Virus record (IMG/VR): IMGVR_UViG_3300012038_000009
Span: 1 to 38,224 of that record
DNA: 38,224 bases
Source of the DNA: a virus
Lineage: Duplodnaviria > Caudoviricetes
Direction: 5' to 3' (one strand)
Shown: positions 35,418-38,224 of the stretch, one piece after another
Layout of the letters: every line of letters begins with the position of its first letter
Numbering within the stretch: position 1 is the stretch's first letter
Made by a program: the position numbers and the translations under genes
Notes under the pieces: generated by a model
Databases searched by the model: none
What the model saw: only the letters and a program-made list of their open reading frames with translations
Told to the model about the DNA's origin: nothing

Positions 35418-38224
35418 CTATGCTTGTGCGATGATAATCCAGTTTACCACTGAAGTGTCGAGAATATTATTTGAGTTAATTGTGAAAGAAGTCCCAGTCG
35501 TAATCGTGTAACTGAGAGCCGTTCCCACTGTTCCACCTAGCGTGAATCTTGACAGGAATATTCTAACCCCTGTCACTGCCTTGGTGGTGTTAACCGTCAC
35601 AGTCCCTGCGACTAGCGTAGCCACTCCCATTGTGGCGTTCGTGCCTTCTTTTATAAATAGTCCGAGTCCTGCCACTGGAAGCTTTAACCCGGCAGCGTCA
35701 ACTCTGGTGATTTGCGCCCCACCAACAAACGTGTCAATAGCCGTGGAAGCCGATATATAACTCAGATAGGTATCACCCTTGGCAGTTGCAGAACCCTCGA
35801 GAATTAATTTTTTGTCGCTAGAAATTTGTACGTCATCTTCAAAAAGACCTGCCCAGCTCAGCAATGTTCCGACGCCACTGAACGCGGGTACCGCCGAACC
35901 ATGAATGGACGCCGCTCTGACTGTGCCTGCGGAGTGCGATGTTCCGCTATCAGCTACAGTACCCCTGACCGCCATGAGGACTTTAGTTCCCTGCGTTATC
36001 GTTGCACTGTTCTCAGCGGTCGCACTTATACCAAGTGCGGTCACGGTGCCTGTAGGGTTCACCGTTGACTTCGAAAGAAAAGCGCTCGCGACAAGAGGAG
36101 AAGTCGCACTTCCGCTATGGGTTGCGGTAAAACTCATCCCTCTGACTGTCGTAGTAGAACCAGTGTGCTCGATAACCAGTGACATGCCTGTATTAACCGT
36201 CGAGTTGGATTCGTTGCAATTGAACATACGTGTCGTCGTCGGACCCGAATCTCCGGCTCCATAATGCCCAGCCTGAATGTTGCTAGGATTAGATCCATCC
36301 CCAATAAAAACTATTCCACTACCAGACACCATTGGGTTGATAATTAAGTTTGTAGAATAGTTAATGCTCGATTCGTTAGACGCTCCAAATTTTAAAAGAT
36401 TTGCAGCCATCTCAACCGGATCAGACATTTGAATGCCGGTCGCATTAGAATCCAAAATCAGCGCACCGGAAGTTGAACTCAAAGTATTCCCGTCGAGTCT
36501 TAAGTTGTCGACGTTCCACTGTGTCCATGCAGAACCAACACCGGCGGCGCTAATTGTTCCAATCGGAAAAGTAAAAAGACCCGCCTGATCTATGGTTAAA
36601 CGGAGTGTCGGAGTGAGAGCAGATACGGCTGTCGTTGAGAATTTCAAAACACCAGGAGCGCTAGTCGAAGTGAATGCTCCACCTGATTCTGCTACTATTG
36701 TAGCGGCAATTCCATAATCAGTACCATCTGCGCCAAGTGCGCGTATTGTTCCTAAGTTAAACCCAGATCCGGAAATAGTTGTGTAAGAAGTCGCAGATGT
36801 TCCAAGCGCCCTGGCTAAATCAATACCTGGTCCTATTGCAGCGGTCGCAGAGGCCGAGACGAGAGATAATCCAACAACACTAGATGCTGGGTTCGACATG
36901 AATGCGATATATCTTGGGGTAATTGTTGCAGTGGCTAAAACGTAAGTAAATGCTTCCGCACCAAGACTTAGGGTAGGAGCTTTATCATATGCGAAGTTAC
37001 TGCCATCCTGATCGAGGTAAACACCACCAGCCGAAGTTGAGGCGAACATAACCGCAGTTGCTTCGAATTGATTTGATGAAATCCTTCCAGTCGCACCAGT
37101 TGTCGTTAAATAAATATATTTTCCAGAAGTAGTTGAAGTCAGTGTTAAGTGATCATCAGAAGCGACGGTCCCGCCACTGATCGTCGTCAATGGTGTCGAA
37201 GCACCGACTACAATGGTGAGAGCACCGGTTACATTGTTACTGGCATCAATTAAAACTCCAGAATTAGCGACGTTTCTTCCGCCGGTTCCACTGAACTTTG
37301 CAATAGCTGTACTGGTGACAGCACCAGCGGCAAGCATATATTGAGTGTGGTCGTCATCGCTCAACCCACCGAGTCCGCCGTGATCCACCCCGGCAGCCAA
37401 AACAACGGCAGTGATCGTATTCGCACCGTCGTTATAAGTGAAGTCTATCGACGCGCTGTCGGTGAGAATCCCACCAACTGCATCTTGCGCGAGTTCATCT
37501 GTGTATTGAGTAATCGTAGAAGCGATCGTCACGGTGTCCGAAGACGCGGTACCAGTGATACTTATTCCTGCGCCGTTGGCGAAAGTAAGTGTGTCAGTCG
37601 TAGTATCAGCAACCGGATTAGTTCCGGCAGGACATGCGATGGTCTGAAAAATTAATTGATCACCAGTGTTGGTTCCTGAAGTTGTCCCAGAAATATTATT
37701 TGCAGTGAGGTTTCCGCTATCATCAATGGAAGCACCGGAATCCTGTATGTGTCGGCCATCGGTGCCGTCAGCTCTAATTATTCTGTTATCAGTAAATGTC
37801 CCACCATCGAGAACGTACTGAGTGTGAGGATCTCCTGCGGTCAGATTAGCTAGAGAATTGTGATCGACACCAGCGGGTAAAACCACTGCCGTCCAACTAT
37901 TCCCTGCGTCGTTGTACTGAAAATCAATTGAAGACGAATCAACCATTGCACCAAATACGGCATCCTGCGCGAGCTCGTCAGTGTACTGAGTGATCGTCGT
38001 GTTGATGGTGAGAGTGTTTCCGGCATCGCTGTAAATCAGAGAAATCCCTGTCCCAGCAACTAATAGCGCAGCCACTCTGTCGTCAACGCGCTCATCTGTA
38101 TAATAAAGGTTTGAACCCTCGACGAGATCGGTGGTTGAGAATGGAGATAAAGTCACCGTTGGGGTTAGTGAGTTCCCAACGTCTGAGTACGACCAAGAAA
38201 TCCCTGTACCGTTTTGAATCAGTG
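35418..38224 (-). CDS. 3' part of the ~1029-aa tail fibre/spike-like protein
   Basis: Repeats of TITQYTDELAQDAV and DDRVAALL; two DxHTQY motifs; C-terminal GVATLVAGTVTV...FTINS...DTSVVNW module. Confidence 0.8.
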   Translation of the reverse strand, partial: LIQNGTGISWSYSDVGNSLTPTVTLSPFSTTDLVEGSNLYYTDERVDDRVAALLVAGTGISLIYSDAGNTLTINTTITQYTDELAQDAVFGAMVDSSSIDFQYNDAGNSWTAVVLPAGVDHNSLANLTAGDPHTQYVLDGGTFTDNRIIRADGTDGRHIQDSGASIDDSGNLTANNISGTTSGTNTGDQLIFQTIACPAGTNPVADTTTDTLTFANGAGISITGTASSDTVTIASTITQYTDELAQDAVGGILTDSASIDFTYNDGANTITAVVLAAGVDHGGLGGLSDDDHTQYMLAAGAVTSTAIAKFSGTGGRNVANSGVLIDASNNVTGALTIVVGASTPLTTISGGTVASDDHLTLTSTTSGKYIYLTTTGATGRISSNQFEATAVMFASTSAGGVYLDQDGSNFAYDKAPTLSLGAEAFTYVLATATITPRYIAFMSNPASSVVGLSLVSASATAAIGPGIDLARALGTSATSYTTISGSGFNLGTIRALGADGTDYGIAATIVAESGGAFTSTSAPGVLKFSTTAVSALTPTLRLTIDQAGLFTFPIGTISAAGVGSAWTQWNVDNLRLDGNTLSSTSGALILDSNATGIQMSDPVEMAANLLKFGASNESSINYSTNLIINPMVSGSGIVFIGDGSNPSNIQAGHYGAGDSGPTTTRMFNCNESNSTVNTGMSLVIEHTGSTTTVRGMSFTATHSGSATSPLVASAFLSKSTVNPTGTVTALGISATAENSATITQGTKVLMAVRGTVADSGTSHSAGTVRAASIHGSAVPAFSGVGTLLSWAGLFEDDVQISSDKKLILEGSATAKGDTYLSYISASTAIDTFVGGAQITRVDAAGLKLPVAGLGLFIKEGTNATMGVATLVAGTVTVNTTKAVTGVRIFLSRFTLGGTVGTALSYTITTGTSFTINSNNILDTSVVNWIIIAQA
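38102..38224. repeat. Terminal direct repeat, copy 2
   Basis: Identical to 1-123. Confidence 0.97.

Noticed and set aside
35542-37655. + strand ORFs inside the fibre-like gene, and similar antisense ORFs inside the terminase, portal, capsid and tape measure genes
   Set aside because: Antisense shadows of well-supported genes, with no recognisable motifs.
38102-38224. Biological terminal repeat (T7-like)
   Set aside because: It lies mid-gene and is more simply an assembler overlap of a circular contig; it cannot be called a physical end without reads.

Overview
This window looks like a complete, circularly closed tailed-phage genome of about 38,101 bp: bases 1-123 are repeated exactly at 38102-38224. 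It is siphovirus-like. The + strand late arm (15720-34858) carries the terminases, Mu-type head genes, a tail module with a -1 frameshifted chaperone, the tape measure protein and an amidase lysis cassette. The long - strand arm (15703-1516) carries a ParB-like gene and a TAGT/GREB1-like glycosyltransferase fused to an HNH domain, Gp157 and an ssDNA-annealing recombinase, lambda O/P-type replication genes with iterons, and many accessory genes (O-antigen ligase family protein, collagen-like protein, secreted FN3-like protein). A second fibre-like module lies in inverted orientation across the contig junction. I found no integrase, transposase, CI-type repressor or reverse transcriptase. The most notable observations are: (1) a C-type-lectin-fold (FGE-sulfatase) gene ending in an adenine-depleted DGR-type variable region, with no template repeat or reverse transcriptase in the genome; (2) a tRNA-like RNA whose anticodon loop is replaced by a long stem; (3) the glycosyltransferase-HNH chimera; (4) a structured leader RNA resembling C4/CI antisense RNAs; (5) repeated apparently leaderless promoters, two ribbon-helix-helix cassettes and a protamine-like micro-ORF. 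All functional calls come from reading motifs by eye; no searches were run.
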